A DNA stretch of 64,000 nt from Selaginella moellendorffii (GCF_000143415.4 NW_003314305.1:867709-931708), one strand, 5' to 3'. Numbered from the stretch's first letter, positions 23,181 to 36,878 are shown. Notes: a model not told the origin generated them from the sequence alone. Program-made: numbers and translations.

Positions 23181-23666
23181 GCAGAGTCTTGAACAATTCC
23201 GGGTCGCCTTCTTCCGAGGATTCCTACGTCGAGCTGGTTTCATGGGATGGAGAACTGGCTGTGACGGAACGGAAGAAAGCTGTGGCTCAATCAAGGACGC
23301 GGCCTTTGTCATCTCATATCCGGAAGTCTCTAGCTCGAGCAGCTCGAGAACTTCCAGAGGCTACCGTTCCTTACGAATTCTCCCAGCGGGCGTGTCACGC
23401 TCCGGCTAGGGTCTCCGGGATCGTGGAGCTCCTGAGCTTTACTGTGTAGAAGAGAGCGCTCGTCTCGGACGTCCCCACCTTGGCTGGCAGCCGAGCAATA
23501 CGTTTTCCTGCGAGAGGCATACCTGGTGGCCGAAGAAGCCGGAGAAGAGCACGGTCTGGTGATTAATCAGGAGCTTCTAGCAAGTGCTACAAATCAGGTA
23601 CTGTGAAGATCAAACGCGGTCAAAAGCAGCAGATGGGGATGAAGCCGCGAGAGCAAACAAGACAAC

Positions 23667-26600
23667 TCAGCTACTCTGACCAAGCCGCTCCAAACCATCC
23701 ATCCACGGGTATCCACGAAGCCTCCGGTAGATCACACCAGAGTAAACCGGTTGTTTACTTGGGTCTAGCACCCACCTCAAGATCTTGCCGGCATTCTGGT
23801 CCTCAGTGTCAACAACATCCACCGCAGTTTCCTCCACTCTGCCCTCCTGTTTCGGGGCTTCCAGACCAGGAGCATCAGTATACCATGTGTACGCCCAAGA
23901 CAGAAGCGGAGAGAGCGCCTTGATAAACAGCAAAGTCATCAGCATGCACAGCAATCCCCCCGGCACCGATGTGACTATCATAACAACGTTGTAGCGGAAC
24001 AAAGGTGGCAAGACTGCAAAGCCTGCACATGCAAACGCCACGAGAACAAAGCAAATCGAGCCAACCAGCAGGCTTGCAGCGAGGAGCAGTGTCCACCTCA
24101 GCCTGTCAATGACACCCAAGTCAAACACCTGGGGCAGTGGGAGGATGCCTGCAACTCCAGCCAGTGCGCTTGCCATTGCAAAGAAGAAGGAGAGGCTGTT
24201 GAAGATCCAGAATGCTTTCACTCCTGGATTGTTGATGGCCACATACTTGAGGTCATCCTCCTGCTGGCCGTGGTTCATGAACTTCAGGGAGTATTGCAGA
24301 GGTGGGCTGAGGGATCCACTGTATGTCACACTTGCAATCAGAGCTGCCCCCACCAATATGGCATTGAGGGCATCTACAAACACTTCCCGGTCCCTGTGCA
24401 AGTTGTCCAGGTACTGTTCCCACTTCATGCTGTTGAGCAGAAAGCTGTTTTTCCAGGATTTTGGAGCATACCAATATGGTGCCTTTCCAAAGTTGTCAAA
24501 TATGTCAACTCTACAATTCCTTGTATGGAGGATAGAGAGGGTGGTAGAGGTCTCCTCAAAGATGGTGGACCAATGCAAGGCAGTCCTGCCTGTGTGAACC
24601 CCCTTGTCATTTGGGTACTCCAGCATCCCTCCAATCTTCCTGCTTTCTAAAAGATCTTCAACTTTCTTTACAAGAGCTTTGCTCTTGTTCTCCTCTTGGT
24701 TCGATCTTCCACTGTCAGTACTTTCTGCTGTGCTTTTCTCTTTCAGCCTTGTAAACCAGTAAGCCAGAGGGATGTCCTCCACCAAGTTAGAGATGCTCAT
24801 GTGGACCAAATGACTACTTCTGTGGACCCTGTTTAGATTCTCTTTTGATTCCTGGTCAGACCAACGAGGCAGGACTGACTTGATCAGATCGCCAAGCCCC
24901 CATCGACTGCTTGCTGTAGCTAGCCTCGTGGCAAATCCGGATTTCCATACATCTGCACTAAGGAAACCAATCTTGAAAGCATCCACCAAAAACTGGCTGC
25001 TAGAAGCATATCTATTTAGCTGCTCTTTGCCACGACGATCTAGCTGGCTTAAGATCTCCAAGGCCCTGAACATTGGCTCTACATCGCTCGCTCGTGTTCT
25101 TCCCCTTGTTGTGTTCTTGGCATAGAATGCGGCCCATTCCAATATTCGTGATTCCTTGACTATTTTTAAAATGTAATCCTTAGCCTGCTCGTCTGATGAG
25201 AATTTAATGAGAAGTGATGCAAGCATTTCATTTGTGTGGTTACCTCCTAAGGCCGCAATGCAAGCCAATAATCCAGGCTCAAGTTTCCTGTGCTGCGCCT
25301 GAATATGGTTTAATACTTTCCGACACACCAAATCTGGCTCATTTGAGCGATGGGCTTCAATTGAATGAAACACCTGTTGCCACCTTTCAAAGTCCACATT
25401 CCCATTAAACAATCTTACACTTCTTTCCAAGTGAGAGTTGACAAGCCAAGTATATCTTCCAGATCCTCTAATGACAGCCCAGTGCCATGGCATAAGTCCT
25501 TCAACAGAATCCTCAGCAGTCAAATCGGCATTCCTGTCTATCAACCATTTCCCTGCTTCCTCTTTATCATTCCAAGCTGCATAATGCAGCGGGGTCAAGC
25601 CAGTCTTTGTTGCCTTGCTGATTTCCAGCTTCTCCCCTAGCTTCTCCTCCAAGAGCTCAAGAACCTCAACCTTCCTACCTTTACCTCTACAAGCAAAGTG
25701 CAACATGCCAGTGCCCATGTTGTCAGTCTTGTTTATATCAGCTTTGAGCTCGAGCAAACGCTCAACCATTTTAGTGTTGCCTCCTGCAAATGCAATGTGC
25801 AAAGGTGTCTGCCCCATGTTGTTAGTGCAGTCTACGTCCCAAGGGTCCCCACCTTCCTGCAGCTTCTCCACCACCATGTTCAGAACCGCAACATCCTGTC
25901 CATAAGCTGCTACATGCAAAGAGGTCTCCCCTGTAAACCTGCTGTCCTTCTCAACTAGTAGCTGAGCAAGACGATTATGCTCGACGTCAAAGTGCCTAAA
26001 TAGAGGCTTCACCAGGTCCAGTTTCCCAATACAAAGGCAGTTATGCAAGACTAAGAGATGCCCAACCTCGGGAACTGTCAGCAATCGCATAAGCTCTTCA
26101 GAAATACCTGCTAGGTCGGTTGACAGTATTCTCTTGAGGACTTTCCTCATGATTCTCACCTGGAGAGGCTGATGCACCTTTCCCAGCAGCATCAATGGTG
26201 AAAGGCCAGCTTTGTTGAGTTTGTAAAGACTAGCACCCAGTTTTATCAACAAAATACACATATTGTCACGTCCTTTTGTCATAGCCACGTGAAGAGGCGT
26301 GTTGCCATCGTTGTTGACATACTGATCGGCATCAAAGTTGGCTCCTAACCGTTCAATCATATAGTTGAACGTGCCATGGTAACCACAAAAAGCAGCTACA
26401 TGAAGTGGGGTATTCCCATCGTTATCAGGCCTCACGATGTCATCAATGCTCGTCGGAAGTAAAGTTAGCAAACGGATAACATTTATTCTATCCACGAATG
26501 TAACCGCTATGTGCAAGAGTGTTTTTCCTTTGTTGTTGCACAAGCCCACAGCTTTTAGCTTCTTCTTCTTGATTTGTTCAAGCAATACCGCAAGAACCCC

Positions 26601-27114
26601 TGCAACGTTGCTCATAACGGCTGCATGAAGTGCAGTGTTGCCAAGCCCATCCTTTTTGAGGATGTCTCTGATGCTTCTGGGAAGTAAAGCCTTGACCAGA
26701 CTGAGATTCCCACTCGCGCTTGCCCAATGGAGTGCCGTGGTGGCACCATGGTCAAAAACGACATTGTGGATATCCCAGCCATTTTCTATCATGGCCTTTA
26801 CTTTATCCTCGCAGCCAGGGTCACCCGGATTACCAAGGAGCGCTTTAAATTGTTCTGCACAAAAGGAACCACTTCAAAGCTAAGTATACACTTGTAAGAA
26901 GAGATCAAGAGCTCGAGACGAGATACCATCGAAATCTAGATCTTGCTTGGCTCCCTCCATTCTGGAAAGTGTGGATTGCAAGCTACTCATTATGTTTGTT
27001 AGTTTCCTGGATTGTTCTACAAGCTCTGCACAACAAAAGCTAAGCCATTTGATTCTTATGAGGCACATACATACCACCAGCAACTTCAGCGATATCCACA
27101 TTCGTTGTTGTCAT
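23667..27114 (-). CDS. Ankyrin-repeat protein with C-terminal PGG-like transmembrane domain (ACD6/ITN1-like architecture)
   Basis: 1041-aa ORF with repeated G.TPLH.A motifs and C-terminal LVGAALIASVTYSGSLSPP plus hydrophobic helices. Phase-compatible upstream exons 27114-27075 and 27025-26927 splice to 26854. Confidence 0.88.
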
Positions 27115-28120
27115 CTTAGGCAAGCTGACTTTGTGTTGATCCGCAGCCTCCACCAGCACCCCACCAAATTCTATAAGCACCAGTCCTTCACAAGCTCTCA
27201 CCACCTCCAAATGAGTGATGCCTAGCGTCGCCCACTTCTCCCAATCTTCCGAAATTTAGGTCCAGCCACAATGGGATTTTATAGAAGACTAAAAAGAAAA
27301 GCAGGATTCGCTTCTACATCGAAGCATTCTGATGCACGCTAGCAAGTTCACTTGAATGAATTTACTTGCCTAGCGTGAATGGCAGCCTGGAGTGGGCGAC
27401 TGCTCGCTCGAGTATTCCACTCCAGAGGAGAAGGAAAAGTTCCTGGAGCTCATGAAGAAGAGGGCCGAGAGCGAGAAACTGGGCGACGCGGTGGCGCAAG
27501 AAAACAAAGAGGAAACAACGCAACCAACAGCAGACACTCCTCTCGCTCAAAAAAAACAACGCAAGCAACGACGAACGCGTCGGTCGCGCAACAAGAAAAT
27601 GACGAGGGAGCATATCTTAAGAGCCACAGCCTCCACCCACTTGAAACACTTTGCCTAGCCAAGCCAAAGTGCAATAAAAAAGCCAAACCTAGGCCACTAG
27701 CTTTCATCATCACCAATAAATGCCATCCACCTGGCCCTAGCTTATATACTGGTTTAGTGTCCTCAATCCACGCCCCGGCATGTGGGATAGGTTTAATTCC
27801 ACGTAATCCAGAGCCCTAACTTCTGTTTTGACTTGGATTTCATGATTGTTCCCTCGTCGCGCCACCACGTCGCCCAGTTTCTCGGTCACTCCAGGCTGCT
27901 TAACTCGCTAGTCGCTCGTAAACTTTTGCTGTTCTTCCAAGTCAAAATGCTTCTTGAATTATGTCAACGAGGCGAGTCAACAGCGGTCAGCAGAGTTTGC
28001 GGTTTAGTTGCTTATCCAAGAATATGCTCCTGATTCTCACGCGAACTTTTATAACTTTAACATCGGAAGAAAACAATGCCGACGTCTGGCTTTAATTTAC
28101 CAGGTGGCACTTAGAATGCT

Positions 28121-31100
28121 CTAGAACTTTATTTCCACACGGTTGCCTTGACGAGATGCTGAGCGTGAGCCTTGCGCCGATCGCGATGGGCTCCTTGGCT
28201 TCAATTCAATCGATGTCTAGCATAACATAGAGGGAAAAATGAATCGAATCGAAAGTGAGGAGTCTGAACGTAAGGTAAGTTTACCGGCTGGACCACTGGG
28301 GAGCTCCTGAAGATTTTGTTGTAGTTTTCTTCTCGGTTTAGCATTTCCATCTTGATTTGTTTCGACTCAGCTGCGAGTAAGCCATCAGCCAATGCGTCTA
28401 AAGAAGTGACAAAGAAAAAAACTTACCGTGAAGTCTTTGGTACGCCAGATCTTTAGCTTCGCACAACTCTTGAAGCTTCACGTACAGCTGCTCCAAGCAT
28501 GTAATTCTCTCCACATCTTCTGGTTTCGACTCTCGGTTATCAAATCGTTCCTGCAGCTCTGGAAAAAGCAAAGTAAAAATCTTGTCAACAGGACACAAAG
28601 AGACGTTACCTTCAGCTTCACAAACTGTTGCTGTAACTCTGTCATTTCTGCTTGCTTTTGCCTCATCACAAGCTGGCGATTCCAAGATTGATACAGAAGA
28701 ATGTAAAAGGGAAACAAGCTACCTTGCTACGGTTGAGATCTTGTTGGAGATTTTGGTATTGCTGTGCATGAAACGTGTTGCAGGTGTCTAGCTCGGTCCG
28801 GTATTTCTTTTCCAGTTGCTTCCCCATAACTTCCTTGTCCTTGGAAAACTTGCACCGCTGAAAGTTGAAGCTGGCAGTACAAAGAAAGGAATACGTGCGG
28901 CTTAACTATGTTAAAGCTTACGCTTTCTCATGGCTCAGCCTCAACTCCTTCAAAGCAGATTCGCTCTTTATTTCAATCTCACGGCTGTTATCGCTTAAAT
29001 CTTTCAGTTTTTTCTCCTGTAAGAATCAAAAGTGAGAGACTAAATGCCCTTTCAACTGATGGTGATGGGCCGAACCTTAAGAGTGATCATGTATTCCAGC
29101 TCGGTGATACGGTGCATCAAGTGAGAGTTATGGGATTTAGTCTGCCTGGAGGAGTTAGAAAGAAGACAATATAAATAAGAGCAAGCCAACCTTCTCTGTT
29201 TCCTTTGCGTGGATCTCGTTCAGTTTTTGCGTCTCTGATCTATGGACTTCAGAAAGACGTTCTAGCCGCTTCTTGTGGTCTTCATGCAAGGTCAGAGATT
29301 CCAAGACCACCTTTTCAGTGGACCGAGACACAGCAATAGCCATCTCCCTCGCATGAGTTTCTTTGAGTTGAGTCACCTCAACCTCTGCCTTTTTCATTTG
29401 AGCCTGTGTTTTTCCAGTGCGTTACATACAAGGAAATTCTGAAAAGCAACAGGAAATACCTCAAGAGCGTGCTGATGAGCCATTACTAAAGCATTTTGTT
29501 GCTGAACAACTAAAACTCGTGTTTCATCCTGCTCACGCCTGAACCTTCCGCGCTCCTCTTCAAACTCAGCCTCAGTCTTCTCTATTTGTTTCTGATATTT
29601 CTCAGCTGCCACTCGAATCTCTTGTGCCTGTCATGCAGATTAAGTGTTTCCAGAGTATACATTGACAATGATTTACCTTAGTTTCCTCAAACGCGTTTTT
29701 AAGAGCGTCACGCTCCATCTGCAGAATTTGCACAATTACTAAACAAGCAAAGAAGAAAAAACACAGGACCAACCTGGTGGTTATGGAGAGCAACTTCTAT
29801 AGCGATAGCATGCATCTCGTTCAACTTTTGAATCGCACATTCAGCTCGTTCATGTTCATCTTCCACGTTCTGATGGAATTCCTTCTCCTTCCTACAGTGA
29901 TCACAACTACGATTATGAACGCGTCCTTGTCTTTCATTTACTGTTCAAGCTTGGCCAAATAGCTTTGCAAAGCTGCCGCTTCCGCATTCTTCTCCGCAAG
30001 TTTCGCATCCTCAAGTTCTCGGTTTAATGATTCGATGTCAGCAACCTTTTGCCTTTCTCTCGAACGAAGCTGAAAACTACCAACTGATTCAGATCAAATA
30101 AACACGAGACAATCTTCTTACCTCTTGAGCCAGCAACTCCAGTGACTCTTCCAGCTGTGTACCCTTTCGTTGAGACTCTTGAAGTTTTCGTTCGAAATTT
30201 AGGCACACCTTCACAGCAGAACATAAAGCTTAAATCGTCGACCAGTTTCAGCATACCAGTTTAAAATTGTCTTCATGATCTGTTGCTTGGGAGTTTAGAG
30301 ACTTAAGCTCATGTTCACCATGTACTTTCAGCGTCTCAATTTCAGCCTCGAGGTGATCAACCTTTCACATACGACACTACAATTGATATCAAAACATATG
30401 TTTCATTTGCTTACCCTTTTCTGATAAATATTTAAATGAGTCAGGTGTTTCAGTTGTTGCTCCTTCAGCTTAGACTGCAATCCCTTGACTTCTTTCCGGT
30501 GCTTCTCTCGCCGAAGTTCTCTCTGTAGAACACAAGAAGGAACAGTAATATAAATAAACAAGAAAGAAGAAAAGTACTACCGTTCGCGAAAAGTCTTCCT
30601 CCATGTTTTTCAGTTTCAACTCATGTTCGGCCACGCGAATTTTAAGCTTGACCTCCAGCCGTTGAATATAGTCTTCTTTCTAAAACACAGGAAGCAAATA
30701 AGAAAGTTTGGACTGTTGATTATACTTCTGAAAGGCTTGAACGCAGCTGGGACGATTCTTCACCAATTCCTCTCTTCACAGAATCTAGCTCTTGAATCTC
30801 GTCGTCCTTAACTGCTATGTTATATCGTTCTTTCTCGAGCTGTTGAGACAAAGTTCAATAACAACCCCAACACTTTCAGCAAACCTCTGCCAATGCAACG
30901 TCCAGCTCTCTCTGGGTCTTTGTTAAGGATGAGTGCAGTTGTTCAATCTGAAAAAATCAACGTTAGTTTAAAATTTTCTTCAACATCAAACCCATGCAAT
31001 CCCCAACCTTGCAGTTATCATTACTGATAATGTCCTCTTTCTTCTTACTGCTGCTAGTCATCTTATCTAACTCGTACTTTAATCTTCGGATCGTATCTTC

Positions 31101-32973
31101 CTGCCAAAACAAAACAAGATTTATCGAAAATTAGAAAAACGAAGTACTACCAGTTCAGCCAAGCTTGTCGCAGATGCATTCTTCTCAACACTGTGGAAGG
31201 CCACTCGGAAGAAAGAAAAGAATTATACCGGACAAACAGAGCCAGGAGTTTACTCTGCATGCTCGGACAACTTGTACATATCTGCAAGGGCACCTTTCAA
31301 TCGTTCCTCCTGATATAATGATCAACATGAAGCATTGTAAATGTAAACAATTATGAAGTCAAAACGAGTAGCACCAAATGCCTGTTGTCTTCCTTCAGGA
31401 CTTGGATGTCGTCTTCCAAACTAGACCTCGTCTGCAATCCTTTACGTGGCAAGATCATACAAGAGCGTAAGAACGATAAAGTACGAAACCAGAGCAAGAG
31501 AACAGGCAAACCACCTGTAGATGCTCCGCATGAGCATTCTCAATCAAGGAATTGGCCTCTCTGAGGCTTCCTTTCAGCATGGCCGTCTCTTTTGCTAGAG
31601 CTTCCCTTTCCTTGTAAACGACAGTCAGCCTGTTCTGAATGGCTAGTTTCTGAAAAAGAAAAAAAGAAAAAAAGAAAAAAACCATTGATAGGTGAAACTG
31701 GACCAGATCATTAAATTCTTACTTCGGTAGTCAAGTCGTATTGCAATGCATCATAGTTTTGTTGAAGTGTAGACACCTTCTCTTTGTTCTCTACCTGCAA
31801 AAGTATAAAATTTTACAAATCGAATCAACTGACTAGCTTACCTTCAGCCGACTGATCTCGTCTTTGTAATAAGCTCGAAGTTGCTGAGAAAATAATCAAA
31901 CCGAACATAATACGGACCAAAACACGTGATTAAGCTCTCACATCCATCAGGTCTTCGTGTGAAGCCTCTTGCTTCATTTGCTCTTCCTCTTGACGTTCAA
32001 TCCGGGCCCGAAGTTCAGCCTCGTGCTTTTGCAAAAGAGCCTCTACCTCGCTCTTTCTTTCAATCCGTTCCTTTCCAATCTGGCCGGTGAAAATCAAACA
32101 AAGACCGGCATGAAGTTGTTGTTCGTACTTAGCAGCCTTACCTCTTTTTCGTGCAAACGCTTTGCTTCTTCAAGCTCCTGAAAGCAAGCATTTAGCCAAA
32201 TGAGAGCGATAAAAGAATCTTACACACATCCGAAAGACGGCTGATTGTTTCTAGCGTTGTCTCGAGCTCAGTAGTCGCTTTATCCAGCGTCTCCCTCATT
32301 AGAGCCATATTCCTGTTGCTCTAGAGCACGACAATCCTAGTAAGCATTCCTCCTCCTAGTTGCAAAGTGAAAATCATACCCCCCAACAAGCTCCATCTTT
32401 TGGTTGTGAGTCGCCTCCAATGCTTCTTGCCGCTCTTGAGATGTCTATTGAAGAAGAAGAAGAAGGAAAGAATTAAAACAAAAAATTGGAAGGAACGAAG
32501 TTCTTACCTTCTTATAAGCATTGAGCTCATTCTCGGCCTCGAGTCGCACAGCCTGCGTTTTATTTTTCTTACTTTCATGTATAAGCCTTGGAAAGGAAGA
32601 AAAGAAAGAAAGAGGAAAACAAAGGCTCTACCTCGGCCGCGGCTTTGATGTGATCTCCCTCGACGCGATACTGCATTGCATCTCTAAAGAGCTGGAGTCG
32701 CCCCACAGTTTCGCGAAGAATCTCCTCAATCTCGGTGTCATGCTGGCTCGCCAAACTCTACAAACAACCAAACACCCGAAATAATCTCCCATTCTCCCGA
32801 AATATCCATTCAATCAACCACAGATGGCGATCGATCGCACAAACCTGGTAGTAAATATCGGAATCCGACTCGGAAGAAGCGGTGAAATGCTGGAGCAGTC
32901 CCGTTAGCTGCCCCACCTTGCTCTTCACCTTTCCTTCGATCTCATCCCACGACTGGATTAGAGCGCCCGCCAT
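28121..32973 (-). CDS. FAM184-like long coiled-coil protein, many short exons
   Basis: ATG at 32973. N-terminal KVKSKVGQLT..SLASQHDTEIEEILRET and C-terminal RFDNRESKPEDVERI and EMLNREENYNKIFRSSPVV resemble remembered FAM184A/B terminal motifs. E/K/L/Q-rich exons with GT-AG introns; probable stop TAG at 28121-28123. Exon chain not fully verified. Confidence 0.75.
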
Positions 32974-33089
32974 CGCGCCAAGTTAGTTAGTAGCAAAACA
33001 TTGGCCAAGAACCCTAAAAAGAATGGCTATGGTAGAAATTTGTCTTCTTTGAAAGAAGGCGCTGGTAGGGTTTGCGGATCGATCGATCG

Positions 33090-33968
33090 ATGAGTTCCAT
33101 TCCTAGCGAGGGCGACGCGGAGAGCAGCAGAAGCAGTCTAGATCGACGAGAGCCGCGAGGGCCGGACGCTCTGGTGATCGCATTTCGGATATTTAGCGCT
33201 CTCACTGCGATCTCGGCCTTGCTGTGCACTGCGGTGAGTGTGATTTCGGTGGTGCGAGCCTTTAAGCACGGCCGCGATGTAAGTTTCTCTTCTCGTCGAG
33301 GTGAAACATCCATCTTGTCTCGATGTTTCGTTTCTACAGATATTTGAAGGGATTCTTCGCTGCTACGCGGTAGTGATCGCGCTCTTCGTCGCTGTGGCCG
33401 AGACCGAATGGGAATTCTTCTTGAAGTTCTGGCGTGTAAGTTCTAGAACCGCTTTTCTTCTGCTCTTTCGATGTGATTACTCGCTCGTTTTGTGCATAGG
33501 TTCTTGAGTACTGGGTTGGACGAGGCATGCTGCAAATTTTGTAAGCTTCTCTTACAAATTTCTTTCTTCGCTCTTCTTTGCTAACGAGAGCTTGGTTTTG
33601 CAGTGTAGCAGTGATGACACAGGCCCTATCAGATGAGCACAAGGACCGTGCTTATCAAGTGGTCTTTTCGGAAGTCGCTAGTGGAATGCTCCTGGGATGT
33701 GGTGCAGTTTACGTTGTAGCAGTGAGTATGCTTTTGTTCGTTTTCTTGGAGGTTTTACCACGGTTTTCTTGCATCAACTGGCAGGGCCTTTTGTGCATTA
33801 GAAAATTCAAGCGTTCCCGAATTGAAAAATCAAAAGGGCGCGAGAAGGCTGCTAAAGATCTCGAGGTATCTCTTGCGTAGATTTTGCGAATTGTGCTCTA
33901 ATCTGGATTTGCAGGAGCTAGAAAAGAGAAGGGGTGAATTACAAGCCTTGCTCTCTGCAAGAGGTTGA
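33090..33968 (+). CDS. COPI-associated (TVP15-like) Golgi membrane protein
   Basis: Spliced product MSSIPSEG..DALVIAFRIFSALT..IFEGILRCYAVVIALFVAVAETEW..VLEYWVGRGMLQIF..LLGCGAVYV..REKAAKDLEELEKRR; 6 exons. Confidence 0.85.
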
Positions 33969-34138
33969 CGATTTATGTACTTCATGTAGTTTTACGTCTA
34001 AATAAGACTCAGTTTCTGGCATCTTCGCTATATGCTGATTTTGAGAGTGTAAGTTTTTAAAATTTAGTTCAAAGATGCTTTGCCTGCAGGTTTGCAGGCA
34101 TTCTTGCTTACATTTTGCTTACAGAACTATATCCAGTT

Positions 34139-36878
34139 CTAACTTTGCGATTCTTCTTCTTCCTGCAGTAGCAGCTCTTGCGTCAGCTTTTTGAGATACG
34201 TGGCTTGTTTTAGAAGCTCGTGGCAGCAAAAGCCGATTGCTCCAATCGTCAACGCGGCTTCCGAATGCACTAGCTGGAAATCTCCGTAGATTTCTTCTGG
34301 AGTTGAGGTGTCGACGTCGTCTTTGATGCTAGACTCTTCGAACTGATTCTCTATGTCTGCAGTATGCTGGACCTTGCTTCTTTTTTGGCGCAGGGACTGA
34401 TAAGTGCACTCGAAAGTTTTTGAGAGGCCAATTTGGCTTATCTTTAGTTGGCGAGTGACACCACCAGTGAACAGTTTGCCTTCTGACCGGAAGTCGACTG
34501 TTGCGAGGCTCAGGTAACTCAAGAGCTCCGTGATCCTACTCTGACTCTCCCAGAGCTTGCTATAGATACCGTCATGAAACGGTGCGTGCCAGAAGTCAGG
34601 CTCTGCTCTTGCTTCAGCTGTAAGTTGTCTCAGACGTTCGACTCCATCTCTGATTGTTTGCTCCTTCTTTCTCACCTCAGGTATCGCTGCTTTAAAGCAC
34701 TCACTGCATTCTATGCTGTGCACGTCAAATATCACCTGCATGCATTCCTGGATTTTCTTCAAGTTAAGCTCGAGTTCCCTGCGTGCAAGTCTCGCTGCTC
34801 TCCTGGAACAGATGANNNNNNNNNNNNNNNNNNNNNNNNNNNNNNNNNNNNNNNNNNNNNNNNNNNNNNNNNNNNNNNNNNNNNNNNNNNNNNNNNNNNN
34901 NNNNNNNNNNNNNNNATGATGACAGCCGAGGTGTAAGCCGTGGATGCTCCAGTGAGTTCCAGCAGTTTGCTCTTTCTCATGAAGCTCGTAAAGGCCAGCC
35001 AAGGCAATATTGCAAAAATGGTGGTAAGTAGAGCTTGATGTGTTGTCAATGCGACCAGATAGCCATATACTGTTCCCAGGGCTGTACCTTGGAGCCTCAG
35101 GCTGGTGCTCTTGAACGTTCCGGTGCGATGGTTGAAAAGGCCCAATGCTACTGTGATAGTCGACCAGTACCCATAGTCCTTCCTGTACAGCACTCCCAGG
35201 TACACAGCTATGACCATTGATAGTGCGATCTTAAACGCCTCAATGACCATTTTTTTATTCGCTGCCAGATTCAATGATCTCCTCGTTGCTGCGACTAAGT
35301 TACTTGGAGTGGTGTTTGATGAGTGAACTGGGAGAGCTGATCCGCTTGAAATTGCTGCTGCTTTGCAACCGTGGTGGCAAGCAGGATGTGACAAAGCAAC
35401 AGGAACTTGGCCGGCCATCAGAATCTTGATCTCCTCCTCGACAAACTTTTTGACAGTGAACAGGAAAAACATCCGTCGAAATTCCTCATCCGGTGTACAG
35501 TCTGAGCGGTTCCAAGTAGCCGCGGCATAATCATGAAGAGTCAGCAGAGCTTCGCGAACTTCCTCAATCCGGACTTGCTTCTCGGCCTGGATTTGAGATT
35601 TTGGAAAACTAGAGACTGTACCTGACAGAAAAGAGTTGCTCCAGCTCCCGAGTTTCTCCAAGGAGTTCCTCGTCATATCTTGAACCGGCTTCGAAACAGC
35701 TGCACCTTGCTGAATCGCGATGTTCATCCCAATCAGGTACTGATTCATGTTGGTTATCATTCGGCTCACGTTTTCACCTTGACTCCTTGCTTGAACCAAA
35801 ACCCCAGGCTCCCAAGCTATTTCAACCTGTATGTAGCACACACTGTCAGTATGAGAGAGTTTCCTTCTCTGAGGTACGTTACTTTTCTTCTCTGTATCTC
35901 CGAGTACGCTTTCAAAGCAGCTCGCTGCACTGATTTGGATTGCAGGCACAAACTCGTGATCTCTTCTTGGTCGTTACTGCAGAATGCATGGACAAGGACA
36001 GCAAAGTTTTCCATCGCGAGCTTGGCGAAGAGCTTCGTGTTATATTGCACCTGTGAAGCAGAAGAACAAACGTAAGCGCAGAGGTTATGAAGCTTGGAAG
36101 TGTTGGGACCGAAAGGAAGGCTTCCTAGGTGGATCAAAGGCTTTTGGACGGAATCGTGACGGAAAGTGGCATGCCGGCTTAGTGTTCCTACAAGACACGG
36201 CTTGCGGAGAGAATGGAGGAACCAAAAACTTTAAAGGGGGGTGAATGACTCAAAGTAAAGCGAATGGTACCTGATAAGCTGAGAGGCGTGGCACGGGGAA
36301 TATCAAGGCAATTATCGCAGACACAGTGCCGAGCGTGGTGGTGAGCGTCAACTTGAGCGGAAAGAAGACCGGATGAGTCAGGGGATTGTTGTACGCATTC
36401 ACGTAGACGATGGTGGTGATAGCCAGCGCGAGCCTCTTCTTCACTGGCTTTTGGTTCGGGAGATAGCTCCACAGGAAGCTCTTGACGAAGATACAAGTGA
36501 GGCACACGCCGAGCGAGAAGTTCTTCGTTCCTGGAGGAATGGAGAGGCAAAAACCAAGACGATGATCAGCTCCCAGGTGTTTTCCCTTTTGTTAAACTCG
36601 AGAGAAACCACTGACTCACCTATGATCAACAGCACCACCATCGAGAATGCAGCAGCCTGGAGAGTTCCATACATGACAAAGGCAGCATCTTCGAGAGCTT
36701 TGCCGAGTGCCGACTCGCTGAGCACGAGAACTGTGACAACGTATCCAAAGACAGGGAATTCAACAAAACGGCTGGCTTTGGACACACCAAGCAAGACAAG
36801 TAAGCATGCAATTCCAGTTCTTAGAGCGGATAGCAGCCGTGACAGCCACGGGACGCTGTCGGAAGCTAACGCGTCCAT
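34139..36878 (-). CDS. FUSC / aromatic acid exporter-like membrane protein (At2g28780-like)
   Basis: MDALASDSVPWLSRLLSALRTGIAC N-terminus; AFKIALSMVIAVYLG..GYWSTITVA..RLQGTALGTVYG FUSC-like domain; several introns; spans an assembly gap. Confidence 0.8.
34816..34915. other. Assembly gap (100 N)
   Basis: Run of 100 n. Confidence 1.
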
